64,000 nucleotides of DNA from Planctomycetota bacterium (GTDB lineage: Bacteria > Planctomycetota > GCA-002687715 > CAIWVZ01), in NCBI GenBank assembly GCA_044222185.1, contig JBGANV010000006.1, positions 64,001 to 128,000 of the forward strand, given 5' to 3'. This document shows positions 19,412-29,700 of the stretch, piece by piece; the first letter of the stretch is position 1, and every line of letters begins with the position of its first letter. The notes beneath the pieces were generated by a model that was not told the origin of the DNA, ran no database searches, and saw only the letters and a program-made list of their open reading frames with translations. Position numbers and translations under genes: made by a program.

Positions 19412-19646
19412 GGCGCTCCGGAAATCCGACGAGCGGAAGGTCTGGTGCGACGAACACGAGGTCGTCGCGAATGCAGTGGCGGGTTGAGACCACGGGAGTC
19501 GAAGGTGCGTGCGTGCGTCGATTCAGCGGGAGGCGCGAGCGTACGCGCGTGCCTCCGCAGCGGCAAGCGATGGACCGCGATCGCAGGCCTGCCTTCCGCT
19601 CACGTTCCTATCGACAACGCGCCGGGACTTCAGGAAGCGAGTCGTC

Positions 19647-21542
19647 TCACAGGTCGAACACGACGGGAACGCTCAACGTGGGCCCACCCGCGCCGAGCCA
19701 CGCCGCCTGGATGCGGCAACCTCGAAGCCCCAGGGCGAACGGGGGACGGATGACCGGGGGAAGCGCCCAGGCTCCAGCGCCGTCGAACGCGGATGGTGTC
19801 GCCGGTCCGAGGGCGCCGAGGCCGTCCGCGAGCACGAGCGAGGCGAACGGGTTGCAGTGGATCGCCGCGCCTGCGAACGGGAGGGCCGGTGTTTGCGCCG
19901 GATCGAAGAGGACGGTGACGGGCGCGTTCGCGGGGCCCCCGCCCACGCTCAACGTCATCGTCCCGCCGGGGGCGGGTGCCGTGGGCGTGAGCGCGGCCGC
20001 GCCCGCGTAGCCCGAGAGCACCTGGGAGGGGAGCGTGAGCTTGCCCAATCCGAACTCGTACGGCGCATTCGCCGTCGACAGGCCCGTCGGGTCCGCGAAC
20101 GCGCGCATGAGCGAGCGGAGCGCGCCGCGGGTCTGCGTGATGCCGGGCACCATCGTCGTGAAGAGAGCGGCAGCGCCGGCTGCGTGCGGCGCGGCGGCGC
20201 TCGTGCCGGCAAACGTGCCGTAGTACGGATCGATCACGGCCGACGGCGCCGTGATGTCGGGCTTGGCCAGCGAGGGATCCTCGGGTGACGGTCCGAAGCT
20301 CGAGTACCCGGCGATGATGCCGTTGCTCCAGTGGCTCACGTGCATGGCCGCAACCGCGAGCGTCTCCGGCACGGAGGCGGGCAGGCAGATGCTGCCGGCC
20401 CGGTGCGCGGCGGCGCCGCTGAAGCTCGCGGCGCCCCAGACGAAGAGTTTCACACGCTTGTGAGTCTGACCGGGGGGCAGATTCACGAGGCGCACGCGGA
20501 GGCTCGCACCAGGCACGGCGCCGCCTCCGTAGTAGATCTCCTCGTACGCCTGCTGCGTGCCGTTCTGCACGTTGCTTGCGGTCGCGATCACGGTGCCGGT
20601 GGCGTCGAGCAGGTCCAGGTCGTAGTCGATGGACGTCGTCGGCCACGAGTCCCACGACAGCGAGAAGATCGATCCGCCGAACACGTTCACGGGAATCGAA
20701 TTGCCGAAGCCGGGCCAATCCATGCTGCCGTCGCTGTCGCCGTCGACGAACAGCCCGTCCGTGTGGGCGCCGGCGGAGTTTCCGGCCGCGAGCACGGCGA
20801 GACCGCCGGCGCTCGAGAGGATGTCCACGAACTGGTGCGAGAGATCCCCGGCGGCGCTCCAGAAGTTGCCCGCCGTGATGCAGTAGGAGTTGGACGTGAT
20901 CAAGCAGCCTTGCGAGACGGCCCACTGGTGCGCGAGCACGATGTCCGTGTCGGCCTCGATGTGCGCGGCGTAGAGCTGCGCTTGCGGTGCCATGTCATGC
21001 ACGATCTTCAGGCACGAGGTTCCGTGGTTGCCGCCGCTCTCGAACGGCGACGTGGCGTAGTTGATCGTGATGACGTTCGGGGGGATGTAGCCGTTCGCGA
21101 CCGCGTTCGAGAACTGCGAGAACTGCGGATCGACGACGCAGACCTTGCTCCCCTGACCCTGGTTGCCGAGCGCGTGCTGGGCCGGCGCGTTGGTGAGTGG
21201 CACGCCGTTGTTGACCGGATGCGCCGTGTGCGGCGGACGAACGAACGTCACGCGTGGATCGCTCGCGAGCCGAACGAGAGCGGGCCCATCGGCGAGCCCG
21301 TCAGCCCAGTCCGGTCCACGGCGGATGGCCGTGACCCCCGCGCCGATCGCCGCGGATGTGCATGCGTCGGCGGGGTTCGTCCACAGCACGATGCGTCGCG
21401 GTTCGGAGTCACCACGTCGCGCGGACGCCTCCAGTCGATAGTCCAACGTCGGGTAGAGACGGTCGCGACCGTCCTGGGCGAGTCCCAGTCCGACGGCCAT
21501 GGCAAACGCAACGACGACGCGCACCTGTTTCAGCTGGGACAT
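19647..21542 (-). CDS. Secreted S8 (subtilisin-like) serine peptidase with shared C-terminal domain
   Basis: Catalytic D (VCVVDP), H (NHGTSC), oxyanion N (AAGNS) and S (FAGTSAAAPHAAG); KPDITAP; signal GLA|Q. Confidence 0.9.
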   Translation of the reverse strand: MSQLKQVRVVVAFAMAVGLGLAQDGRDRLYPTLDYRLEASARRGDSEPRRIVLWTNPADACTSAAIGAGVTAIRRGPDWADGLADGPALVRLASDPRVTFVRPPHTAHPVNNGVPLTNAPAQHALGNQGQGSKVCVVDPQFSQFSNAVANGYIPPNVITINYATSPFESGGNHGTSCLKIVHDMAPQAQLYAAHIEADTDIVLAHQWAVSQGCLITSNSYCITAGNFWSAAGDLSHQFVDILSSAGGLAVLAAGNSAGAHTDGLFVDGDSDGSMDWPGFGNSIPVNVFGGSIFSLSWDSWPTTSIDYDLDLLDATGTVIATASNVQNGTQQAYEEIYYGGGAVPGASLRVRLVNLPPGQTHKRVKLFVWGAASFSGAAAHRAGSICLPASVPETLAVAAMHVSHWSNGIIAGYSSFGPSPEDPSLAKPDITAPSAVIDPYYGTFAGTSAAAPHAAGAAALFTTMVPGITQTRGALRSLMRAFADPTGLSTANAPYEFGLGKLTLPSQVLSGYAGAAALTPTAPAPGGTMTLSVGGGPANAPVTVLFDPAQTPALPFAGAAIHCNPFASLVLADGLGALGPATPSAFDGAGAWALPPVIRPPFALGLRGCRIQAAWLGAGGPTLSVPVVFDL

Positions 21543-21629
21543 GGCGGGCTCCAAGGCTTCACCGAACGGCCGGCACTTTACTCCGCCTGCCGTCATGCAT
21601 GGAAGCGCGAGGCGCCGCGTCCCCCGCGG

Positions 21630-22988
21630 TCAGTACTCGATCAGGGTCCTGGTCACGCTCGAGATGCCATCGAGGCCCGAGGCATTGGTGCTGACGACCT
21701 GCACGTGGATCACCATGTCGAACCCGGGGAAGAGTGGGATGCTGTTCAAGCTGATCCCCGCCGTTCCGCTACCGACCCCCGAGAGACCGGTGAAGATCGC
21801 GGGGAAGGTGTTCACGGGGAAGAGCGCCTGGAAGAGCGCGTCGCTCAGATCGAGCTCGAACCCGCCCACGCCCGTCTGGATCGGCGTCGCGAGGCGGGTG
21901 AAAGCCATGGCCACGACGTACCCGCTCGAGGGAGATTGCGCCGTCACGTTGAAGGTCGCGAACTTGTTCCACGAGGTCACAGGGACGGCGTACCCGTTGA
22001 TCGACGGCGCGGGGAGCACCGAGCCCGTGATCGCTGGGGATGGCGTCGCCACGAGGACGCACCCGTCACCCCCGGCGCCGCCGGGGGAGCAGCCGCAGTT
22101 GAACATCGTCGCGCCGCCGCCTGCACCGCCCGTCGCGGCCACCGAGCCGGTCGCACCGATGGTCACCGACGGCGCCAGAAGCTGGATCAATCCACCCGCG
22201 CCGCCTCCACCACCGCCGCCGTTGCCCGCGCTCGTCCCGCCGGCGCCACCTTTCGCGAAGACGAAGCCGTTGATCGTGATGGGGCCGTCGGCGGCGATCA
22301 CGATGAATCCACCGCCACCGCCACCGCCGCCACCGCCGTCATTCAATGCGAGGTTGCTCGGATCGTCCACGTCGTTGCCGCCGCCGCCTCCGCCCGAGCC
22401 GCCGCGGCACGGAGTCACCGTCGGTCCTCCGGCGCCGCTCGCATTCGACGTGAGTCCCGAGTTCGGAGCTCCGCCGGATTGACCGACAGTCCCGTTTCCG
22501 CCTCCTCCTCCGCCGCCGACCGGATCGGTGAACGGGCCACCGACGACACCGCCGTCGGTGCCAGGCACTCCACCACCAGGACCGGCCCCGACGGTGCCGC
22601 CGCCAGTGGCTCCCGTTCCGCCAGCGCCACCGTTGTAGGCGCCCGGGCCGCCCACGCCGCCGGCGCCGCCAGCCGTGTTGTTCGTGCTCGTCCCACCCGC
22701 GCTCCCAGATGCGTCGATCGTCCCGTCGATCGTCACGGCGCCCTGGCAGCGGAGGATGAGGACGTTGGCGCCGGTGTAACGGATCGTGACGCCCGCGGGG
22801 ATGTTGATCGACGTGTAGTTGAAGAGGTTCTTCGTCGTCGTCGAGAAGAACATGGGACCTGCCGGTGCGAACGCGCCGTCGATCCCGGTGCCCCCGTTGA
22901 CGGGGACGAGCGAGGTCTGGGCGCAGACCACGATGCAGAGGACGGACATGGCGACGAACGCTCGATCGAGGCCGAACCGGTGATTCAT
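21630..22988 (-). CDS. Secreted glycine-rich protein with shared C-terminal domain
   Basis: Signal VCA|Q; GTGIDGAFAP...FNYTSINIPAGVT; long poly-Gly tracts; ends TLIEY. Confidence 0.82.
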   Translation of the reverse strand: MNHRFGLDRAFVAMSVLCIVVCAQTSLVPVNGGTGIDGAFAPAGPMFFSTTTKNLFNYTSINIPAGVTIRYTGANVLILRCQGAVTIDGTIDASGSAGGTSTNNTAGGAGGVGGPGAYNGGAGGTGATGGGTVGAGPGGGVPGTDGGVVGGPFTDPVGGGGGGGNGTVGQSGGAPNSGLTSNASGAGGPTVTPCRGGSGGGGGGNDVDDPSNLALNDGGGGGGGGGGFIVIAADGPITINGFVFAKGGAGGTSAGNGGGGGGGAGGLIQLLAPSVTIGATGSVAATGGAGGGATMFNCGCSPGGAGGDGCVLVATPSPAITGSVLPAPSINGYAVPVTSWNKFATFNVTAQSPSSGYVVAMAFTRLATPIQTGVGGFELDLSDALFQALFPVNTFPAIFTGLSGVGSGTAGISLNSIPLFPGFDMVIHVQVVSTNASGLDGISSVTRTLIEY

Positions 22989-23109
22989 GGCGAGACTTTC
23001 CCTTGGCATTGCAGCCAGGTTCCTTATCGGACTCCTGGAGGTCGATTCATCAGCAGGCCCGGCGGGCCGTGGGGTCGCAGGCGCCGACCCCGGGTAGAAT
23101 CCGCGACCC

Positions 23110-24894
23110 ATGGCCGATGAAAACAAGCGACAGGTCTTCGGCAGCTTCAAGGACTTGCGCAAGGCCCTGGGCGGAGGCGAAGACCCGCCTGAGCCTGAGC
23201 CGACGACGCCCGCTGGCGGTGGAGAGGGCGACGATCCGGCGTTGGACGAGGCGGCCGCCGAGCAGTCGATCCGCGAGATCCTGGCGTCCATGGGCGACGC
23301 GTTCGGTCCCATGGAGCACGGCCCGGCCTGCTATCGCGACGTCGAGAGCGAGGAGATGCTCTTGCTCGCCTCGTTCCGCGTTCGAACGATCTTCCCGGAC
23401 GCCGTGAAGGCCGAGGTCTCCGGGCTGCCCCGCGACCCCAGGCCCGAGGACTACGCCGGTCGCGCCGACCTGCGGCAGGAGCGCATCTTCACCATCGACG
23501 GTGAAGACGCGAAGGACTTCGACGACGCGATCTCGATCAAGCCGCTCGAGGACGGCGGGTACGAACTCGGCGTCCACATCGCCGACGTCAGCCATTACGT
23601 GACGAAGGGAACGGCGCTCGACCGCGAAGCGATCGCGCGTGCGACCAGCGTGTACGTCGCCGACCAGGTCGTCCCCATGCTGCCGGAGGAGCTGTCCAAC
23701 TTCCTCTGCTCGCTCATGCCGCATCGGGATCGCCTGGCGTTCTCGGTGATCATGCGCTTCGACGCCAAGGGCGAGGTCACAGGCACGCGCATCTTCAAGA
23801 GCGTCATCCGCTCCATGCATCGCTGCACGTACCGCGTCGTGCAGGACATCCTCGACGGCAAGGACACGGAGGAGACGCGCCCCTTCGCCGACATCACGGA
23901 GGACCTGAAGCACTTCGAGCGCTGGACGAAGCGCCAGCAGCAGATCCGCGACTCCAAGGGATCGCTACGCCTCCAGAGCTCGGAGCGGAAGTTCCAGTTC
24001 AACGAGAAGCACGAGGTCGTGAAGATCTATCGGAGCGCGAACTACTTCTCGCAGGCGCTCATCGAGGAGACGGCGCTCGCGGCGAACCAGGCCGTCGGTG
24101 ACTTCTTCCTGGCTCGTGACCTTCCCACGATCTACCGGATCCACCCGGAGAAGGACGAGGAAGAGCTCGAGGGCGTGAAGAAGACGCTGGCGCAGCATGG
24201 GATTCGCGTGCCCGACAAGCGACTGACGGGACGGGACATCGGACGCATGATTCGGGAGGCGCGCAAACGGCCGAACGCCGAGGCGCTGATCTCGCGCATC
24301 ATGGGCCTCGTCGAGCGCGCCGTCTACGAGGTCGTGCGGCCTGGCGAAGATGCCCCGCATTGGGGATTGGCGCGGCAGCATTACCTGCACTTCACGTCGC
24401 CGATCCGGCGTTATCCGGACCTCATCGTCCACCGCTGGCTGCATGACGTGATGACGCGACAGAAGGACGCAGTGTCCGAGCTGCTCGAACCGGAGCAGAT
24501 CCTCGAATTGTGCGACGTCGCGAGCCAGTGCAGCGGGCAGGCGGAACTCGCGACGATGGTGGAGTCCGCCGTCGACGACCTGAAGACGTGCCAGTACATG
24601 GATCGCTACGTGGGCCAGGAGCTCACGGCGATGGTGCAGCGCGTGTCGCTGTACGGCATCGAGGTGTTCCTGAAGGAGCACGACGTCACGGGATTCCTGC
24701 CGGCTCGCAACCTCGAAGGGCGCAAGAAGCTCGAGGGCCCCGTCCTGAGCATCGTGAATCCCAAGGGCGGGAGCCGCGTCTTCCGCGAGGGAGACCCCAT
24801 CGGGATCATCGTCGCTGCCGTGGATTTCGTGCGGCTCGAGGTGCTTCTCGAACTCGCCGACCTCCACCACAAGAAGAAGGCCTCGAAGAAGTAG
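23110..24894 (+). CDS. RNase II/RNase R family exoribonuclease (RNB + S1 domains)
   Basis: FTIDGEDAKDFDDAIS, VHIADVSHYV, HFTSPIRRYPDLIVHR, C-terminal S1-like region and basic tail. Confidence 0.93.
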   Translation: MADENKRQVFGSFKDLRKALGGGEDPPEPEPTTPAGGGEGDDPALDEAAAEQSIREILASMGDAFGPMEHGPACYRDVESEEMLLLASFRVRTIFPDAVKAEVSGLPRDPRPEDYAGRADLRQERIFTIDGEDAKDFDDAISIKPLEDGGYELGVHIADVSHYVTKGTALDREAIARATSVYVADQVVPMLPEELSNFLCSLMPHRDRLAFSVIMRFDAKGEVTGTRIFKSVIRSMHRCTYRVVQDILDGKDTEETRPFADITEDLKHFERWTKRQQQIRDSKGSLRLQSSERKFQFNEKHEVVKIYRSANYFSQALIEETALAANQAVGDFFLARDLPTIYRIHPEKDEEELEGVKKTLAQHGIRVPDKRLTGRDIGRMIREARKRPNAEALISRIMGLVERAVYEVVRPGEDAPHWGLARQHYLHFTSPIRRYPDLIVHRWLHDVMTRQKDAVSELLEPEQILELCDVASQCSGQAELATMVESAVDDLKTCQYMDRYVGQELTAMVQRVSLYGIEVFLKEHDVTGFLPARNLEGRKKLEGPVLSIVNPKGGSRVFREGDPIGIIVAAVDFVRLEVLLELADLHHKKKASKK

Positions 24895-24994
24895 CGCGTG
24901 CGCGCCGGTCCCGCGGACAGGTGCACGCGGGCTCGGACTGCGGATGGCTCATGCTGGTGGCTCCGGTTCGCCGGGAGCACGAATCGAAGAACGA

Positions 24995-25021
24995 TGTCGA
25001 TCTCGCGCGACCTCGTTCGTG
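24995..25021 (+). promoter_or_regulatory. Putative ECF42-type promoter (TGTCGA-N17-CGTG)
   Basis: TGTCGA -35 and CGT -10 upstream of the DGPF/YciI gene, the target arrangement known for ECF42 sigma factors. Confidence 0.6.
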
Positions 25022-25134
25022 TATGCACGCGGCAACCGACAGCGCGCGACTCTCGCAGGGGAGGAACGGAATCCCTTCGCCGTCCCTGCGGGGAGTCACG
25101 CGCGAAACCGACTCAATCACGGAGAAATCGACCC

Positions 25135-25488
25135 ATGGTCACCTACCTGCTGAGCATCATGCAACCGGACGGCCCACCTCCTGGCCCCGAAGTTCTGGAT
25201 GGCGTCATGCGGAACGTGGGCGTCGTCATGCAGGACCTGAAATCCAGCGGGGCTTGGGTGTTCAACGGAGGACTCCACCCGCCGAGCGCGGCGACGGTCG
25301 TTCGTGCCAAGGCCGGTGAGCTGCTCACGACCGACGGTCCCTACGCCGAAGGCAAGGAGCACGTCGGCGGGTTCATCGTCATCCGCGTGTCCGACCTCGA
25401 CGCAGCGCTCCGATGGGCCGGGAAGTTCGCACGAGCGATCACGCTCCCCATCGAGGTGCGCCCGTTCCAGCATGCAAGCTCGGGCTGA
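25135..25488 (+). CDS. YciI/DGPF domain protein
   Basis: GGAG RBS; [12 protein letters not shown]...[16 protein letters not shown]...IEVRP. Confidence 0.92.
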   Translation: MVTYLLSIMQPDGPPPGPEVLDGVMRNVGVVMQDLKSSGAWVFNGGLHPPSAATVVRAKAGELLTTDGPYAEGKEHVGGFIVIRVSDLDAALRWAGKFARAITLPIEVRPFQHASSG

Positions 25489-26689
25489 GATCGAGCGGGT
25501 CTTCCGCGAGGAGTACGGGCGCGCGGTTTCGGTCCTCGTCCGAATCTTCGACGACATCGACGTCGCCGAGGAGGCGGTCCAGGATGCGTTCGCGGTCGCG
25601 CTCGAGCGTTGGCCGTCCGAAGGCGTTCCGCCCAGTCCTGCGGGCTGGATCATCACGACGGCCCGCCGGCGCGGGATCGACCGGCTGCGGCGCGACAGGG
25701 CGATCACCCGAGCCCCGATCCATGCAGTGATGGCTGACTTGCAGGAGCCCGTCGAGGAATCCGTCGTGCGCGACGACCAACTGCGGTTGATCTTCACGTG
25801 CTGTCATCCGGCCCTCGGGTTGGCCGCGCAGGTGGCGCTCTCGCTTCAGCTCGTCGGCGGCCTCTCGACCCAGGAGATCGCGCGCGCGTTCCTCGTCTCC
25901 GAGTCGACGATGGCTCAGCGGCTCGTTCGGGCGAAGAGCAAGATCCGGGATGCGCGCATTCCCTATCGGATACCCGACGAGGCCGACGTTCCGGCGCGAC
26001 GCGGCGCGGTCCTCGCCGTCATCTACCTCATCTTCAACGAAGGCTACTCTGCCAGCGCCGGATCCGATCTTCTGTGCGCGAGCCTGTGTGCGGAGGCCAT
26101 TCGTCTGGGCAGGCTTCTGCGTGAGCTCATGCCCGACGACGGCGAGGTGGCGGGCCTGCTCGCGCTCATGCTGATCATCGACTCGCGTCGTCTTGCGCGC
26201 ACCACGCCCGAGGGGGATCTGGTCGTGCTCGCCGAACAGGATCGCGGGCGTTGGCACCGCGGATTGATCGAGGAAGGTCGCGCGCTCGTTCGCGAGTGTC
26301 TTCGGCGCGGTGCGCCGGGCCCGTATCAGCTCCAGGCCGCCATCCAGGCCGTACATGCCGGCGCCGCGAAAGCCGCCGAGACCGACTGGCGCGAGATTCT
26401 CCGGCTCTACGATCGGCTCATGGCTGTTGCTCCGTCCCCGATCGTCGCGCTCAACCGCGCAGTCGCTCTGGCCGAAGTGGATGGACCGGCACTCGCCCTG
26501 TCGATCGTCGATGGGCTTGCGCTCGAAAACCACCACCTCCTGCACGCCGTGCGAGCGGACCTCCTGCGAAGGCTCGGCCGGCGCGACGACGCGCTCTGCG
26601 CCTACGACACGGCGATCGAACGCGCGGCCAACGCCGCCGAGCGACGCTTCCTGTCGGCGCGCGCTGCCGAGCTTCGCTCCCTGCCGTGA
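25472..26689 (+). CDS. ECF42-type sigma factor with C-terminal TPR-like extension
   Basis: AEEAVQDAF...[49 protein letters not shown]; overlaps the DGPF gene. Confidence 0.93.
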   Translation: MQARAEIERVFREEYGRAVSVLVRIFDDIDVAEEAVQDAFAVALERWPSEGVPPSPAGWIITTARRRGIDRLRRDRAITRAPIHAVMADLQEPVEESVVRDDQLRLIFTCCHPALGLAAQVALSLQLVGGLSTQEIARAFLVSESTMAQRLVRAKSKIRDARIPYRIPDEADVPARRGAVLAVIYLIFNEGYSASAGSDLLCASLCAEAIRLGRLLRELMPDDGEVAGLLALMLIIDSRRLARTTPEGDLVVLAEQDRGRWHRGLIEEGRALVRECLRRGAPGPYQLQAAIQAVHAGAAKAAETDWREILRLYDRLMAVAPSPIVALNRAVALAEVDGPALALSIVDGLALENHHLLHAVRADLLRRLGRRDDALCAYDTAIERAANAAERRFLSARAAELRSLP

Positions 26690-26726
26690 TGCCTGGCGCG
26701 GGCCAGGCGATCACGTGTCGAGGGCG

Positions 26727-29700
26727 TCAGAGCTGGTCAGGCGTGCGGGCCCACGTGAGCTTCAACACCGTGGGGTTGCCCGGATCGAAGTACACGGCTT
26801 GCAGCGTCGCCGAGATTCCCAACGGGACCGGGGGCAACACGAAGCCCGGAATGACGATCTTGCCGCTTGCGTCGTAGGCGAACGGAATCGCGGGGCCGAA
26901 GAGCCCCAGTCCATCGAACACGGGAATCAGCGGTCCCGACGAGCCGGCGAACGGGCTGAGCGAGATGACGAGGTTCTCGGCGCCCGTCGGGAATGGCGCG
27001 ACGGGGTTCACGGCGCCGAGGTCCGCGAGAACGGTGACGGGAGCGAACGGAGACCCGCCTTCCATCACCATGGCGTAGGGCTGCCCGGGCCCGACGTTCA
27101 TCGGTTCACGGCGGATCGTGCCCTGGTTGCTCCAGTTCCCACCCACCGGCAGGGCGACGGAATCGCAGACGACACCGCCCGCCGTCACGACGTTGATCGT
27201 GATCCCGCCGACGAACTGGGTCGACGGGACGGACGGTCCGAGCTGTGCCGACAGCTGTGTGGATCCGACGAACGTCGTGGCCAGCGCGTAGCCGTCGGCG
27301 TAGACGATCATGCCGGCCGAGAAACACGTGCCGTCGATGACGATCGTCGTCGGGGGAGACGCGGGGCCGAGGATCGCGAACGGGCTGGGAGAGAGAGAGG
27401 TGATCTGGTGCACGTTCACCGAGAGCGTCGCGGACGATGACGTGGCCGACCCGCAGGCATTGGTGACGACGCAGTCGTAGGAGCCCACGTCCGTCGGAGC
27501 GGCGTTCGCGATGGCGAGCGACGCGCCGTTGGCGCCCGGGATCGGCGAGCCGCCCTTGCGCCACTGGTAGGCGAGCGGGTTCGCGCCCGTTGCCGTCACC
27601 GTGAACGTCGCGAGCCCGTCGATGCACACGGATTGCCCGACGGGGTCGGTGACGACGGCAGGCGGCGCGTCGACGGTGAGGATGGCGCCTGCGCTCGTCA
27701 CCGAGCCGCAGGCATTCGTGACGGAGCAGGAGTAGATCGCTGCGTCGGCGGCCGTCGCGGCGGCGATGAGGAGCGTCGCGGTCGTCGCGCCCGCGATGGG
27801 CGAGGCGTCCTTCAACCATTGATAGCTGAGCGGTGCCGTGCCGGAGGCCGTCACGGAGAACGTCGCCGGCGCGCCGTCGCACACCGTCTGCGGTGCCGGC
27901 GGAGTCGTCACTGCCGGGGCCAAATCGACGGTGAGGGTCGCGGCCGTGCTCGCGACGCTCCCACACCCATTCGTGACCGTGCACTGGTAGGAACCCTGGT
28001 CGGCGGCCGTCGTGACGGCGATGAGGAGCGTTGCATTGGTCGCTCCCGCGATGGGCGAGCCGTCCTTCAACCATTGATAGGTGAGCGGTGCCGTGCCGGA
28101 GGCCGTCACGGAGACGCTGGCGGGAGCGCCCTCACAGACCGTCGACGGCGACGGAGGCGTCGTGATCGAAGCCGCAGCGTCGAGCGTGAGCGCAGCGCCG
28201 TTGCTGGTGACCGTTCCACAGGGCCCCGTGATCACGCAGTCGTAGGTGGCGACGTCGGCGTTCGAGACGTTCGAGAGCGCAAGCGTCGCGGAGGTCGCAC
28301 CCGAGATCGCGACCGCGGCCTTCCGCCACTGGAAGCCCGTCGCACTCGTCGCCGTGACCATGAAGGATGCCGATCCACCCGGGCATGCGGTCTGAGGGCT
28401 CGGTTGTCCGGTGACGACCGGTACGGTGTTCACGGTCAACGTCGCCGGATTGGACGTCGCCGTTCCGCAGGCGTTCGTGATGACGCAGTCGTAGGTACCG
28501 GAGTCCGCCGTCGTCACGTTCGCGCGACTGAGGAGGATCGACGTTGCGCCGGCGATCGGCGCTCCGCCCTTGCGCCACTGATAGGTGGGGGTGCCCGTCG
28601 CGCTGACGAGGAAGAACACCGTCGCCCCGGAGCAGACCGATTGCGTCGCGGGGTGCGACGTGAACGTGGGTGCCGCATTCACCGTCAGCGTCGCGGCGTT
28701 GCTGGTCGTCGTGCCGCAGGCGTTCGAGACGAGGCAGTCGTAGCTGCCCGCATCGCCGGCCGCGACGCTGGGAATCGTGTATGTCGTGCTCGTGGCGCCA
28801 CCGATGTTGGAGCCCGCCTTGCGCCATTGGAACCCCGTGGCGCCCGACGCCGTCAGCGACAGCGTCGCGGGGTTGCCGACGCAGCCCGTCTGATTCGTCG
28901 GCTGCGACGTGATGACCGGAGTCGCGCACGTCGACCCGTTGTAAACGTAGAGCGCGAAGTCCTGGTCCGTCCCGTCAGCGTTGCCGGGCACTCCGTCACC
29001 GGCGATGTTGGTGGCCGTCACCGTGATCGTGAACGCACCTGTGACGCCCGCGGGAAGGAACACGAACTCGGCGTTGTTCTTGTCGTCGGCGACGCCGCCG
29101 GTCACCGAGGTTTGACCGGTGAACACATTGCCCTTGTAGGTGTTGCCGTTGACGACGACCTGCAGATCCAGGTTGTTCACGTAGGCGTTGCCGGTCGTCG
29201 GGCCAGGGGCATCCGTCCACGCGAGCGCGACGCGGAACGGCTGAGTGCTCGACGCCACGGATCCGGACAGCGTGAACGTGTTGCCCGTCGCACCGAAGAC
29301 CTGCGTCTGATCGACACGCGCCGTCGCCACGCCGTCGAACGCGCGACCCAGGTCGACGCGGCCCATTCCCTGTGTGTTCGACCACAACGTGTCGTTGCCG
29401 TTGACGCCGGTCATGTAGCGGGTCGTGCACATCAGCGCAGCCTTCACCATCGCGGGGCTCGGTGTGCCCCAGGCCTGGTTGATGAAGTACTGGTAGATGA
29501 GCGCCGTAGCGCCTGCGACCGCCGGACACGAGTGGCTCGTACCCGTCGACCAGCAGTAGAGCGTCTGTCCGATCGGCCAGTACGTGTTGCAGACGCCCAT
29601 GCCGGTGTAACTGAGGGATCGGCTCGCCGCGCCCTGGATGTGGACGCCAGGAGCCGTCACGTCCGGCTTCTTCCGGCCGTCCGCCGTGGGACCCCGTGCA

